A program made the translations under genes and the position numbers. A stretch of DNA of 64,000 nt from NCBI GenBank assembly GCA_012295275.1, contig CM022669.1, forward strand, positions 14,694,001 to 14,758,000. The letters run 5' to 3'. Position 1 is the first letter of the stretch. Each line of letters opens with the position of its first letter. The stretch is from Chrysomallon squamiferum. Its lineage: Eukaryota > Animalia > Mollusca. Below are positions 14,402 through 28,707 of the stretch, one piece after another. The notes below the pieces were generated by a model that saw only the letters and a program-made list of their open reading frames with translations, was not told where the DNA came from and did no database searches.

Positions 14402-17400
14402 CCATGGAAATTTATTTTTAATTATTTGTTTGTTCAAATAGGAACATGCAGTTGATGATGTACCACGGTTTCTTAGAATTTCTTCATATCTGTCGTCAAT
14501 GTCTGATAAAACACTAAGTCTGCTGAAATGGGTGCTTGATGCCAAAGGTTTTACACTGAAAACACTTGACAGAAGTCAGGTACATATTAGTTAACTTAAT
14601 TCCTTTTTTAAAACCATTCTTATTAATTATTTATACATTTATTATTATTATTATTATTATTATATTTTTTTTTTTTGGTTATAATTGTAAATCAGATTAA
14701 GCAGGAGCATTTGCTATCTCCCAGAGATTTGAGTTTGATCTTTAGGGCATGAATTGTATTCAGTTAGTCTTAAAATTTTTAAATTCCTGTGTTTATCAAT
14801 TTATTTTTTACGTAATGTTAATATGATTGTTACAGTAATGTTTAGAATGACAAATATTAGTATATTATTATTAAAAACAAATAACTGAATGTTCAGTGAA
14901 CTAAAGAAGGAATGTCCAGTGCTAGATAATCTTCCAGTTTTTACATTTTGGTGTGTGTATTTCTCATTCTTTGCAGATAACAATTATGTTTTTCAGTTTA
15001 GTTCTATACAGAAGAAAACAGAACATGTAACCGAGGTGCCTGTCCCTAATTTCATCTTTGAGGTCATACCCAGTGAAGCTAATGATACCAAGTTTGAGCA
15101 GTTAAGACAAAACAGAGATGTTTTCTTTGCCTATCATGGAAGCCGTGTTGATAATTTTCATTCAATTTTACACAATGGATTAGCATCGCACATGAACAAA
15201 GTAAGCATGTTAATATTTTAGATTAATTGAGAATAGTAATGATCAGATAATACATTCAGATTTATGTATATTCATTCACTCGGTTATTTAAAATGAAAAT
15301 GCAAAGTTACCAGTGTATTAAATTTAATTAAATCTAATTAAATCTACATTTCAGGATTTTATTTACATTAAATACTAATTATTTTGCCTAAGTATATTGG
15401 ATATACGTTAACTGATTCTATGGATTGCCAAAACCAAAAAAAAATTATAAAAACAATTAAATAATAACAATAATAATAATAATAATAAAATGAAATAAAG
15501 AAGAAATTAATTCCTCCTCCCCTCAAATACAAATAAAATAAAATAAATAGCTAATTGCATGGGTACTAGACAGTTCATACACAAGACATCTCTTACCAAT
15601 GACTACTAATACCCAGATCTCAGACAATTCAAATCCACAAGTTAAGACAATGCTTACCAAAGTCATTTTATATACTGCAGCACTTACTTTATTTGTTGGT
15701 TTACAGATCCTTCGACATCAAATGTGCTGATTTATGAAGATAAAAATTATTGACTTTTGTTTAGTCTTATTTTATAGTTGATCCCATATAATCCATCAGT
15801 GCCTTGAAAACAAAAAATCTAATTTGATGGTCTCATATTTTCCCCCACTGATGTTTAGGGATATATCAGTTACAAGGAAGGTTAATGGCTTCTCAAAGAA
15901 TTAAAACAAAACACTTATACTCATCAAATTGCAGTCATCTGAAGAAGAGACTCCTGAATTCATTGTGGATATGAACTGTCTCTGACTTGTGCCAACTGTC
16001 ATAATCCAGGATGTCTTGGCTACCAGTTGTCTAGAATTCTTTTGAACTATCATATTAAAACTTTTTTCAGTTTCATTTCAAAAATTATTTCTAGTTATCT
16101 ATGTTTGGAAAAAGTAATACCTGTCTGGGGAGCTTTTAAACTATTATATAAAATTATTATTTCATTTTTATTTTAAAATTATTTCTAGATATCTGTGTTT
16201 TGGAGAAGATAAGTAGATGTCTGGGGAGGTTTTGAACCATCATATAAGATTATTATTTTCAGTTTTGTTTTAAATATTGTTTTTAGATATCCATGTTTGG
16301 AGAAGGTACATACCTGTCTGGGGAGTTGTCAGTGTCAATGACATACAGCCCCACTGGTCTAGCTTGGGATAAAAGTGAGCTTGGCTGTAAACTCGGCTGT
16401 GTTGCTGTTTGTGAAATGATTGATGATCCCAGTGTGAAATGTCAGTTAGCTCAAGGTTTGTCTTCAGTGTTTGTAAATATCTTAAAAACAACAAGGCCAC
16501 ATATATACATATTTTTGTTCAAAATATTTAAAATCTGAACCCTTAACAGTATATGTATATAAATATTGATATACATTTATTTATTTTCATGATGGCTTCA
16601 ATATGCATTTTTCATTAAATTAAAATAGAGACTCCATGATAGAACTTATATAAATATGATTAAAATAATATATTGTTTTCTTTGAAATATTTTTTAAAAT
16701 GTTTATGCCATCCTAAAAAAAATAAAAATTTTCATAATATTTTTACATGTTTAATAATCATGAATTAAAAAATCTAGTTGTCCATAAACAATTGCATACA
16801 TTTACACTAAACAAACTTTATGAATACACCACTTTTTGTGCTTGACAAAGGGTTTTTATTATCAGACATTTCAGTTATAGTCATTATTTTTTTTAAATGT
16901 TTTTTAAAATAATATTTTTCAGGATCTGAAAATGGAAACTCAAAATCTCGGGCAAGAATTCAAGACAGTATGGCAGGTGATGTGCCTGAGAAGTATTATG
17001 TCGTACGCAACAATGAAATGATACGTGTCAAATACATTTTACTGTATGCAGAAAAAACTAAAAACAATCGGTAAGTATTTTTATCTTTAATAGTATTAGT
17101 TCAGAATCTGGCATGCAGTTGTTTTCAAAGTTAATATTAATAATGTGCAAGGACTATACGTATTTTTGTCCATCCTTTGTCAGTTCAAGGCAAAGAGCCG
17201 TAAGAAGTTAGTTTCGGTGTGTGCTGGTATTGTAGGTCAAACAGATACTTTCATTTCCAAATTTGTATCTAACTGATATTAACAGTTGCATTGAATTTAT
17301 TTTATTGTCATTTGATTCAAATTATTTTATAAACCAGTATGTATATATATTGTCTCTATCTGTCTTTGTGTCTGTTTGTATACCTTCCTATTTTTCTCTC

Positions 17401-17637
17401 TGTAAATATATATATATATATATATATATTTGTCAATGTCATGCTTTTTTTTAACAACGTGACCAATTCTTGTAATAATGTCTAATTTATTGTTTTAGAT
17501 CTTTACCTGGAAATATATCATGGTTTCATCGGAACAAATTTGCTGTCATGATGGCTGTGTACATACTGTTACTGTTGGCAATAGGACTGGCAAACTCAAA
17601 ATCCTTTCAGTTTCAGATGAGAAAATTGTTCAAATGA
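13690..17637 (+). CDS. PARP16: Mono-ADP-ribosyltransferase PARP16 (ARTD15), tail-anchored ER protein, 6 exons, 328 aa
   Basis: Exons 13690-13878, 14442-14579, 14997-15200, 16287-16455, 16923-17070 and 17499-17637 join in phase (987 nt). N-terminal helical domain ([26 protein letters not shown]); H-Y-Y triad ([18 protein letters not shown] / FGEGTYLS / PEKYYVV); C-terminal TM ([17 protein letters not shown]). Confidence 0.95.
15561..16039. mobile_element. Probable old non-autonomous DNA transposon in PARP16 intron 3
   Basis: Left end TAGACAGTTCATACACAAGACATC is an imperfect inverted match to right end GATGTCTTGGCTACCAGTTGTCTA. Inner GACAATTCAAATCCAC matches GTGGATATGAACTGTC in inverted orientation. 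No clear TSD. Confidence 0.4.
16040..16325 (+). repeat. Tandem triplication (~95-bp unit) of the PARP16 intron 3 acceptor plus the first ~39 nt of exon 4
   Basis: Three diverged copies of TTTT(G/A)AAC..TAG|(A/T)TATC..TGTTTGGA..TGTCTGGGGAG, with AG acceptors at 16093-94, 16187-88 and 16285-86. Only the last copy is in frame. Confidence 0.85.
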
Positions 17638-18367
17638 TCAAAGCCAAGTCAACAAGAAAAACAAATAATAATAATATTTAAAAAAATAATTCAAGCATTG
17701 TAATAATTAAAAATGATATAATTTTGTTATATACTCCATCCCAGCCAACTGAACAATAAATATTTCTAAGTAATTTTTTAATACACATAGTTATTAGCAT
17801 TGTATATATATATATATAGGTAGAATGAACAAAGACCATACTCAGTTTTCAGACTTTTTATGCTGTACATCAGACCTCTACACTTCCACTTGGCATGAAT
17901 GTTTTATCTTGGAAGTTTATCTATTTTTACAAAAATTGTTTTATTTTGTATGGTAAATTAGAAATGAAATGAACAAAAACATCATACCATTGTGAAGTCT
18001 AAAATATTTAGAACATACTAATTTAGTGCCTATGCGTTTTCTTGCATAGAAATGTTGCAGTTATTTAAAATATATTAGCTTGATATAATCTGATACTTTT
18101 AAATTGTAACTGTCATATAAACCAAATTGTTTAGTTGCATCATGTTACTGGTTATTTTTGTTTTTGTCTGCTGCATTTTGACAATCTTTGTTTTGGGAAT
18201 TCTTATTTTCCTTTGAGACAGTGCTCATATTTTATTATTATTTACAATTCTTGTTTTTTATTTTTTTTTATGTTAAATGACAGACTGAAATTAATTTCTT
18301 TATTTTCTCATTTAGACTTTTCATTGTTAATAAAATTAAGCAAAGTTTTAATTAATATTGAATGCAG

Positions 18368-18399
<32 letters not shown>

Positions 18400-19802
18400 C
18401 CACTAAATTGTTTTGGTTAAGAAACAAGTTGCACATCTGTATAGAGATATTTTGGTGGTTTTTTTTCAAAACAAATGTAATTGCTTGCTAGATAAAAAAA
18501 ACACAGTAGTAGTATCAGAGCTACGAATAGACATGTAGTTCCAATTCAGTGGATATGTAAAGATTTGAATTCTGCACAATGTACAGATTAAATTGATCAG
18601 TTCATATGGAAACTAAAATATTCATATAGAATAGAATAGTGTTTTCAGTCTTTTTTTTTTACCTTTCTTCATTATAATTGTTATAATGCAGTTTAGTACG
18701 TTACAGTTTGTCCATTCGCATTATTTGTGCTTTTTACAAACATATTGCAATAATGGTAGGAAAGGGCTGTAATGTTTCCCTCAGTCCAATTCACCACACA
18801 GTTAATATTTTCATTGTTTTGAGGTTTAACTGTTTTCATTTCAGAGTTCAGTATGTTAATATTGTTTGTATTTACAAAGCAAAAGCCAGCCATCAGATTA
18901 GGTGTTCTGTGGAAAGTTTCTTATTTTACCTTTGAATGGTGATGGATATTCTGGTGAATTTATTATTTATTTTATTTTACTTTTTTTTCTTCTTTTTGTT
19001 TTTTGCTGGGGGTGCTACCATACTAGTAATAAAAACATTATGACTGATTTAGTAACTTGCAAGTACATAGTTAAAAAGCTTCAGTTGATCAACTAAAGGT
19101 TATAGCAACTATTTATTTTTAAATACTGCCAAGTAGGGAATCATGGTAAATGAATTTATTTAATGATTTTCATTTAGGAATTTGACGACAATGAATAGAT
19201 TTTTTTTTTAGAAATGACGATAATTTTTTGATTTTTATTTTGTTGTTGTTCATTACTATGCAAGGTGCTTTAATAAACATACTGAATCGAACAATTGTAT
19301 TTCACACAATATTAAAATTTTAAACTGATGTCTTGTGTTGTATTTTTTTTAAACCTGTCACACTGAAATGCAGATTAATGACAACCTAAGAACTAATTCT
19401 TGCTTTCTAGATATCACAGTGTGAGAAAATATTTATTTATATATTTTTAAAAGCATATTTAATCAGATATGATCATAATTAAGAAGAAAATATTCCACAA
19501 CAAAAACATTAAAATGTTTTAATATTTCTATTTGGTTTGATACTGTAAAATTATTACAGTATTTTTACTGTCATTTGAAAATTGTAGAGAAAACAAAATA
19601 CCAAATTCTTTTAAATTCCTTTACAATTTTTTGTTGTTCTTGTCTTTTTGTAAGCCAGCAGCACCAGTTATATCACACTATATTAAACATCCTTTTATTT
19701 TTTTTGTAATTTGTTACTTAGTATTGTCTAAATAAAACACTTTAAATTAACATATATAAAACAATGAAAAGCTGTAGAATATTTCAGCAATATTTATTAC
19801 AA

Positions 19803-19833
<31 letters not shown>

Positions 19834-20021
19834 TAATGATATGCAACAACACATAATCAAATCTGATAAATTAATTATTATTTTTTGGTTCTGAAGATGC
19901 ACGCACCTTGAAATGGATGATTGTGGAGACATTAAATTTCAGGAAAATGAGGAAAAAAAACAAATGCTGATAGTACATATCACAGAATTAGACACTGTTT
20001 AAATTAAATAATGCTCTTAAA

Positions 20022-22799
20022 CTAAGCTTGAATTTCTTGTTTCTCTCCTTTCCAAAGTTCTTTCAGCTCAACTTTGCAACCAAGATCACGAAGGGCTGCT
20101 TTGGCCTCATCGCTGCAGGTAGGATGTGTTGATATTGCTTCATTTATCAGTTCTTCAGCCCCAAGTGCCAAAACCTGGTCACAGAACTCTCTCTCTCTAG
20201 CAACAAGGTTTCGAAGTGCCATGCAGGCAGACTTCTTTAAAAAAAAAAAAAAATTATTTTCAAAATATTATTATTTATATTAGCTTAAACATGAATTTGA
20301 AAAGATTTTTCGAAATACCATAAGGGGAGATTTCTAAAAAAAAAAAACATTATTTCAAAATGTTATAATTTTATGTTTGGATGTTTTGTAGGCAGTTTTT
20401 TAAATGTTATCTGGAGTCTAAATGTCTGCCATGAATATTTTATGAACATGTAAAAAATTAGGAATAATAATATATATACAGTTTGTTTCAATAAACAAAT
20501 TTCACCGAGCATTTTAGCAATTAGCATAAAACTAATTTTACAAGAATAGTTTTAGGAACAATAATGAGCTTTGTTTCGATAAATTTAATTGGACATTTTA
20601 ACATACATGGTTAATCCTAGTATGCTGGTTTCAATAAACAAATTTGAAACTGAGCATTTTAGTATTTATAAACAATAATTTACAACAATAAATAATGGAA
20701 CACTAACTAATACACTTTGTTTCAGTGAACAAATCTATAGTTGGACATTTTATTATTTAAAAGGTACAAGGTTAGTAACAAACCTGTAACTGGGCTTCAG
20801 TTTTATGTATCTTCATTGCTTGAATGATGAGCTGATGACCTCCACAAGCCATCACCTTGACAGCATGAGGTGGATTCCGCAGGACAACGGTGGTGATGGC
20901 AGCACAGGCAGATTCAGCAATCACTGGATTTGACTGATGTCTCAGCAGTGCTTCAACGATAAACTCAACACCACCCGCTTTCACAATGGCTACCTTTACG
21001 TTGTCATTTCTGGCAAGAGCTTTCAGTACTATTAATACATGCCTTGTCAGATACTGAAATAAATAAATAAATAAATAAAACATTAATAAATAAATGACTT
21101 TGTGAGCAAAAAGTAAAAGCATTTAAGCAAAATACTGTTGTTTGTTAAAGTGTATTGACCACTTATACTTTTAACTAACAATAAATGAAAAGTTGTTTTT
21201 GACAAAAAACAAACACTTTTGAATGTACAAATTAAAGATTTTTATTATTTTTACCATTCATTTGTGGTTTTTAACGATTTTAGTAACTTATCTTCATATT
21301 TAATAAGCAGTTTAACATACAATAAAGAATTTTTATTTTAAATGCTTTTAGTTTGATGTATTATCAAGAATTAATCATCTTTTAATGACTTACTTTGTCT
21401 TTTATACACTGTTGAAATGTTGCTAAAATGAAGTTCACGCCACCAAGTTCCATAACTTCTTGACAAAATTCATCCCTAACTGCCAAAGCAGCCAATGTAG
21501 AAAACAACTCCCCAAGTACACTTCTGTCATCTTTGTAATCTGAAATAAAAAACATGTCATAGCATTTTAGTTCAAGGTATGAAGAGAATATATTATTAGA
21601 AATGTAGATAAGGTCTCCATAATTCATGTGTGTGTGTGTGTGTGTGTGTAGACACATATATTTTATGTACAAGTTAATAATAGAAACATTATTAAGAATT
21701 AAGGAAAAGAGAATATGAAAAAAGATTAGGACAGCAAATACTGGTTAAGCTATAAAAATTTAATCATTTCCATAAAAAATCCTTCAACATACTTTTCTGG
21801 CTATTCATAACTAGGAAGATTATTTCCTTTTTAATTATGTTTTACATCATCCTGCATTGAAGCAGATAAACATATTTTAATTTTTACTAAAACATTTACC
21901 TTCACAAATGCCGAGAATTGATTTCAAAGCATTTCCTTCTGTGACTATCATCTTAGCATGGTCGTGAGCCTTTCCGAATGGTACCCGAATATCATCATCT
22001 AAAGTCAGAACTCTAAAACATCCACAAGCTTCTTTGACGAACCCAGCAGATTTCTTGTGAGTTGACAACAACTCTGACAACTCTGGAATCAGCTGTTTCT
22101 CGACAAAGCGCTGCCTGTTCTTTTCGTGTTTAATGCAAGTTAATCTTATCGCCCTAGCGACTAATTCTAGAGTGTCTATATCAGTGTCCGGAGCCATTAG
22201 CTTGCTCATGAGTAAGTCTGTGCCTTCGTCGTCAAGTACATCAGGCTGTCCATTGACAAGAGAACAAAAACATTTCAAAACTGTTTTCACAAATTCAGCG
22301 TCATCTGTGAACAGATTCCATGTTTTCAGCAAAACTGGATAACCTTTGTTATTTCCTGCTAAACATCGGTGGGCTAGATCAACATCACATTCAGACTTGA
22401 TTGTGGCTAATAACTGAGTGATCTCCTCTTTTGATGGTGACTCTTCTAGTTTTTCTGAGAGGTTTTCTATGGCTGCTACAACAGGGTGCTGTGCTGGTTT
22501 GTCACCATCTCCTCCAGTGTACATTGAGGCATCCTTGACAATATTGGCCAAGTTGACTCCCTGAAAGCAAAAATAAAATAACAACATTTATGATAAAGCA
22601 TTAATATTAATTTTATTCATCATTCGAATTGTAATATTTCTGAATATTTCTGAGTGTGTGTGTTAATTAAAGTAAAGGAGACCTGGGTTTCAAACTGCTT
22701 GACAGCATCTTGTATTGCTTCTTCTACATCCATCTCAAAGTCCTGCATGTTTTCCATAACCACATCATCAAATGTCTGCTGAGTTATCTGTTTGGCCAT
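20022..22799 (-). CDS. ARMC6: Armadillo repeat-containing protein 6, 5 coding exons, 468 aa
   Basis: Exons 22683-22799, 21900-22560, 21394-21539, 20784-21053 and 20022-20234 join in phase (1407 nt). Characteristic segments: [62 protein letters not shown] and [20 protein letters not shown]. Confidence 0.93.
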
Positions 22800-24634
22800 C
22801 TAAGAAAACAAGAAAAAAAAAAATTATTCTACAAACGTTATCATCATCATCACCATGTAAAACACAGCAGTTTGACATAATTACTTCTTTATTTCTGAAG
22901 ACAATTTTTATAAATTTTCTCTTTCTCTCTCTTTTTATGTACATGTTTTAATCATTAATGGTAACATAAACAGATATATGCATGTATTGGGTAATTGTCA
23001 AGCTACACATTTTGGTTCATTGTGATGCGTCAAATTGACATTCTGTTACAAAAATTAGAAGGGAAAACGAAGGATTCTGATTAAAATAATTAATATTATT
23101 TAATATTCTTAATTTCTTGAATTCTGTTATTAAAGTTTTCTTTATATATTCTTTCCTACTCTAAATATTTTCAAAATAATTATATTAATTGTCGGCCTAC
23201 TCCTGACATAAGTCATGCAGTCATGTTTATTATGTTTACAATTTTCCACAAAAAACTTGCAAAATCAAAAAATCAAAAATAAATCGAACGACATAAGTGG
23301 TGCATATTTTCTTACCTTAAAATCTATCTGAGTTGAAGAAGAACCCTGATATTTTTTCTCACACACCAAATTTCGATTTTTATTAGAGAGTTGGTTTATT
23401 TACGATTTAGTTGACACTGAACATGCTCAAATATTTATTTGTTCGATGTTTGATTTCCTCCCCTTTACCAAACGCATCTTAGTACTTTGAAATGTGTTGA
23501 TTCGTGCTTAAACGCGATTTTACACCAGATGTGGTAACGAATCTATTAAATATTTGAAGACGGACTTCTAGAATCTTTAACACAATATATTTATAAAGTA
23601 GTTTTACACAAATGATATATCAGTGTATTATTATAAATTCTACATTTATATGATTATATGTAATATAAATGCGTAACGATGATAGTAGGCTTTTGCCTAC
23701 TGTTGTTTTAAAATACGCCTATTCATTAACCATAACACAGGAAAAGCTAATTAGTAAATGTATAACTGTTATGTTTCTAACTCATTTCTAATTAAGCTTC
23801 TATTAAGCTTCTTGGAAATCAAACATCAGCCCAGTGTTCATTATGGTCGTACTTGAAAGTCTTCAATGGGAATAATGTATAAAATATCTGAATTATGTGG
23901 TTATTCATAATCAATTCTGACAGAAGGAAATACTGATGAAATTTTATTCATTTATTTTCTTTATTATTAAATTATCGTAATAATCTAAAATCGACCATAA
24001 ACATCTGTAAATGATGACACAAAACAAAAGCATGTATTAAAATATCATTTAATAAATAAGTAAAAATATTTACATATTATTTTAACAAGTGCAAATTTAT
24101 TAAGGAATTCTGCTCTCACATATATACATATAGATTTACAATGGTCTTGTTTTCAAAATAAGTATAGTCAAAGACTGATTGAAAATTAATACTGAATGTA
24201 GAAAATAAAGGAATACGAACTTGAAACCTCATTAGATTGAAAATGAAACAATGGGTGCAGAAAACATACACTTTCAGTGAAGTTCCTTTGTTTAAAATTA
24301 AGCAGTAGCTGTAGATAGTGTAAAGATATATATTGGTCAGGGCCAGCCTTATGGTTTTTAATGCCCCACAGCTTTTAATATTGGTGCCCTAGCTGAAGAT
24401 TGTGAAATTTTCTGTCCATTCTTTTTCAGTTTGGTCCCTTAAAAATATGTATTAATAAACAGATTTTTGACAATTAAACTCCACTCAAGGAATTATCGCA
24501 TTTCATTTATTACTTTAAAATTTTTTCACTTTTTATTTTGCAGATCATAAATAAATGAAGTGGCACTCTCCATCATGTGGTGTCCTGGAGCTATTGGCCG
24601 AACTGCTGATACCTTCAGCCAGTCCTGATACTGT

Positions 24635-24948
24635 TCATGTTTTATGAGATTTCCTGTGTTTGAGAATCTCAGTTGATGTGAATGTAAAGTCTTTGTCGCA
24701 TTCAGCACAGTGATACCCTTTTCTTAATGGATTCAACTGAGTGGATCTCTCTTCTTCCACTTCTTTAGCTTCTTCTTCTTTTGAAACTGAAAACAACAAA
24801 AGTTATTATTGAAATAAAAATGAAAAACTATTCACAGAATCTTTAAAAATATTGTCAAAGAAAACTACCGTAAATTGTTTCATTTTGTTAGCATTGATGA
24901 AAATATAAAATTATGGCTAAGTATTTTCAAAAATATTTAAATGGTGAT

Positions 24949-24988
<40 letters not shown>

Positions 24989-25968
24989 TTCTGCCTTTCT
25001 TACTTTATTTATTAAACAGTTTATGAACTAGATATCTGGTAAAATAGTCATGAAGCTCTGACTGTAATGGAATATAACCAATCAAGAACATGCAGGAGGA
25101 CAGTTCTTGCAATCCTTCATATGTAAAATTAAATATCGATATAGAATTTTTTCTTTCACACACACACGCACGCATGCACGCACACACACACACACACACA
25201 TGTATATTACATGTTTTAATCACTTACCAGTTTTGTCAAAATTCTGACATTCTACTTCATGTTGTAGACGTTCTCCGACAGATACAATGAAGCTGATGTC
25301 ACAGTGAGGACAGGTCCAGTGTCGCTGCATGTGAATCGTGTATTCTCCTAACATACTGGCAGTAGTGTCGTCAACCAAACTGAAACAGAACATGTCGTTA
25401 ACTTGAAATATAAATTCTGCAATATGTAACATCTTCATTATTTTATTTTTTTGGAGGGGGGATAATGATGATAATTATGTTTATATACATGCAATTAAAT
25501 AATTATTAACAAAAATGATAATAATTGAAAATGAGTTAAAGCTAAATTATTAGCACAAACTTACCAGTTATAAGTGAGATAGTTATTTATTTGAATTCCT
25601 CCTTTAATTGAATGCTCCACCTTGTTGGAATCTGATGGAAGGAAAGACATCTGGTTACCATGTGCTTCAAGATCTAAATAAATAGAAAAAAAATGTGTAA
25701 TTAAATCAAGATGCATAGGTCTAATTCTAACAAGGTAAAAAAAAAAAAAAAAAAAATGTGATTTTTATTTAGCACTTATTTTTTTATGTCTTACCTTGGC
25801 CAGGGCCTACATACAAATTTTTCATCTCTGCAGCCAGAACTCGACGGATGGAATAAGTGACTGAGCTATCAAGAAATTCTGTGAGTTTTCTTGATAAAAC
25901 TCGTTCAAGTTTTCTTGATCTGGGATTGATTCGAGTGACATCATCAAACTCTTCAGATGTGTCTGGAA

Positions 25969-26039
<71 letters not shown>

Positions 26040-28669
26040 TAAAAAAAAAAAAAAAATAAAAAAATACATGAATAAACAGAAATTAGGAAACCAATTTTTA
26101 AATAAACAAAAGTTTTCAAATTAAATTAAAGACTGTCGTGATTCTAACTTAGGAAAGAAAAAAGGAACAACAACAACAAGAGTACTATTAATAAATCTTT
26201 TTATTAATAACAACAGTAACAACAACAACAATAATGATAACAATTATAAATGCTATCTAACCTTCCAGTCTGACTTTGAGCAGATTTTGCCAAGTGTTTC
26301 GAAGCATGATGACGCTGGAGATGACAGAGTCAGCACTATCTGTGTCAGGAAAAGTAATCTCCAGCCATCCATCACAGACAAGTCTGTAACAGAAATAACA
26401 AATACATTGAAAAAACAGCAAAAAACCCAAATTAACAAAAAACATTTACCATTTATTAAATCAATAGAAAAGAAAAGAAAAAGAAAAAAGAAAAACCCAT
26501 CAACATATATTTATAAATGATTGTATAAACAAAAATATTAAATTTGTGTTAATAGATTTTTTTTTTATGCACTTTCAGGTTACTGTGACCAATCTTAGAC
26601 AAAAAAAAAAAAAAAAAAAAAAAAGATTTGTATATAAAATATTTTAGCTTAATAATGTATTCAGACAGTATAAATAAAATTTTAATTTATCTATTTTTAC
26701 TAGAAAAAAACAACAACAAGAAGTTAAAAAACCAAAACTTTTCAATATAATTATAATAAAGATATTTTTCATATTCCAAGAATTCTACATTAAAGATTTA
26801 CAGTATTTGTAGAAAATGTGATTTTCACTCCTGATTATCATATTTAAAACTGATTGAAGTGAAATACATTACCGACTACAGTCAGTGTTGGTGTCTATGG
26901 AATTTGAGAAGAGTGTTATTGTTTGAAGAGCAGGAACTCTCATTGTGTTTATCAGATATGGCTTGTTGGTTTCCAGGACAGAACTGGAATATAAAAAAAA
27001 CAAGAACTGTAAAATTGTAAATAATTGTTATAAAGTTTTTATTTTATTTATTAAATAAATATTTGGTAAAAGTGATAAAAAAAATTTAAAAAAATATATA
27101 ATTCAAAAATGCTGTTATTAAAGTCCTGTTTTGAAATTTATTTATTTTGAAGACATCTAAACTTTACCAAACTTATTATTAAATTGCAGTTGGCCAGTAA
27201 AAGTAAGATTTAATTCCTTTTAACCAAACAAATAAGATATAAAACTCTAATTACAATACTACTGACAGACATTTTTGCCATTAATTATAATTAAGGTTAT
27301 TATTAATTTTACTTGTTTTTGCATTTATTCTAGATCAGTAAATATGTATATATTTTTTATGTTATTTCTTTTAAATGTTGAAGTTAAAAGTAATCACAAA
27401 ACAACAATATTTAAACATAATGATGCATATAACCATAACCAGTAACATTTCTGCAAAATTTACAGTTGCACATTATGATTCATAATTACCATTTAATTTT
27501 AAAAACTGATGAATATATTTATAAAAAATGTATAAAAATAAATTACAATACTCACACATATGCCAATAATTCATGTTTACTACTGAGTTTTCCTTTGTGA
27601 TCTTTGGAGTCTTTCATATCTGAAGGTTGAAGAAGTTCAGGATGACTGGAAAACACACTGGTAGGATGAAGCAAAATGAAAGGTTTATTCTGAAAGGAAA
27701 ATGTTAAAATGAATTAATCATCATTATCACTATAATCATCATCGTCATCATCATCATGTGCAACAACTATTTAGCCACTGGGGCAACACCAGCCATCCTG
27801 ATGATACAGCACCAGGTGGAGCAATCTTCTGATGTTCACTGTTTTCTGACCTGTCCACTTCTTTGTAACATTATTGTCCATCCAAATTTGATTGTGATGT
27901 CCTGCTTCATTCACAGTGCTCTGTAGAATGGTATTAACCAAAAGATTCTTCAGTTCTGGTAACATGGCAAAACCACTAGTGGAAACTATGACAGTGCCAT
28001 GACAACCATATCTCTGACGTTGATTTTGGGTGCATGTGTTTAATTAAGAACTATATAAAATTAAACCAAACTCAGTTTAAATGCCATTTAAAGTATAGTA
28101 TACTTATTATGTTATCTTTGACCTTAAAACAATAATATATATATAAAAAAGAAAACCCACAAAAACAACTATAATAAAGTACTATGATTTTGTGTGTATG
28201 TGTGTATGTGCTTGCAGTCTTGTATGCATGTATATTGCATATTTGTCCATGTCACAACAGATACATTTTAGGTCTATTTACCTTTGTGTGGAAGGCTTGC
28301 TCTGAATCAGGCTTGTATGAGTTGCAGTCATCAGCTATTGCAACCTGTGGATACAGACCACTGCATAATATAATCTTCAGCAGGTTGATGTCTCTACGGG
28401 TAAATCTGCGAGTTCGATTAGCTGTCTCCTGAATGCAAATAAAAAATATAATAAATCAGAAATGCAAATATTTCAGCAATAAAAACAGAGAGATGTTTTG
28501 AGAAATAGCTGTAATTCTTTGAGGCTATGACACAGGTAAATGGACAGGTAATTTGAGAATTACCTGTAGTTGACTAAGATCATGTGACAGTCTGAACTCG
28601 AGATCTTTGACATCATCACCTTTGTCCTCTTCCTCCTCATCACTGATTGTGAAATCCTGAATCACAACA

Positions 28670-28707
<38 letters not shown>

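Noticed and set aside
24338-24440. CAGGGCCAGCCTTA...GGTGCCCT, resembling a hAT-type left end
   Set aside because: No matching right TIR or TSD found; at most a fragment.
27771-28020. GC-richer intronic patch with a 64-aa ORF inside DHX34
   Set aside because: No recognisable motif and no exon is needed there; possibly a decayed repeat that cannot be classified by eye.
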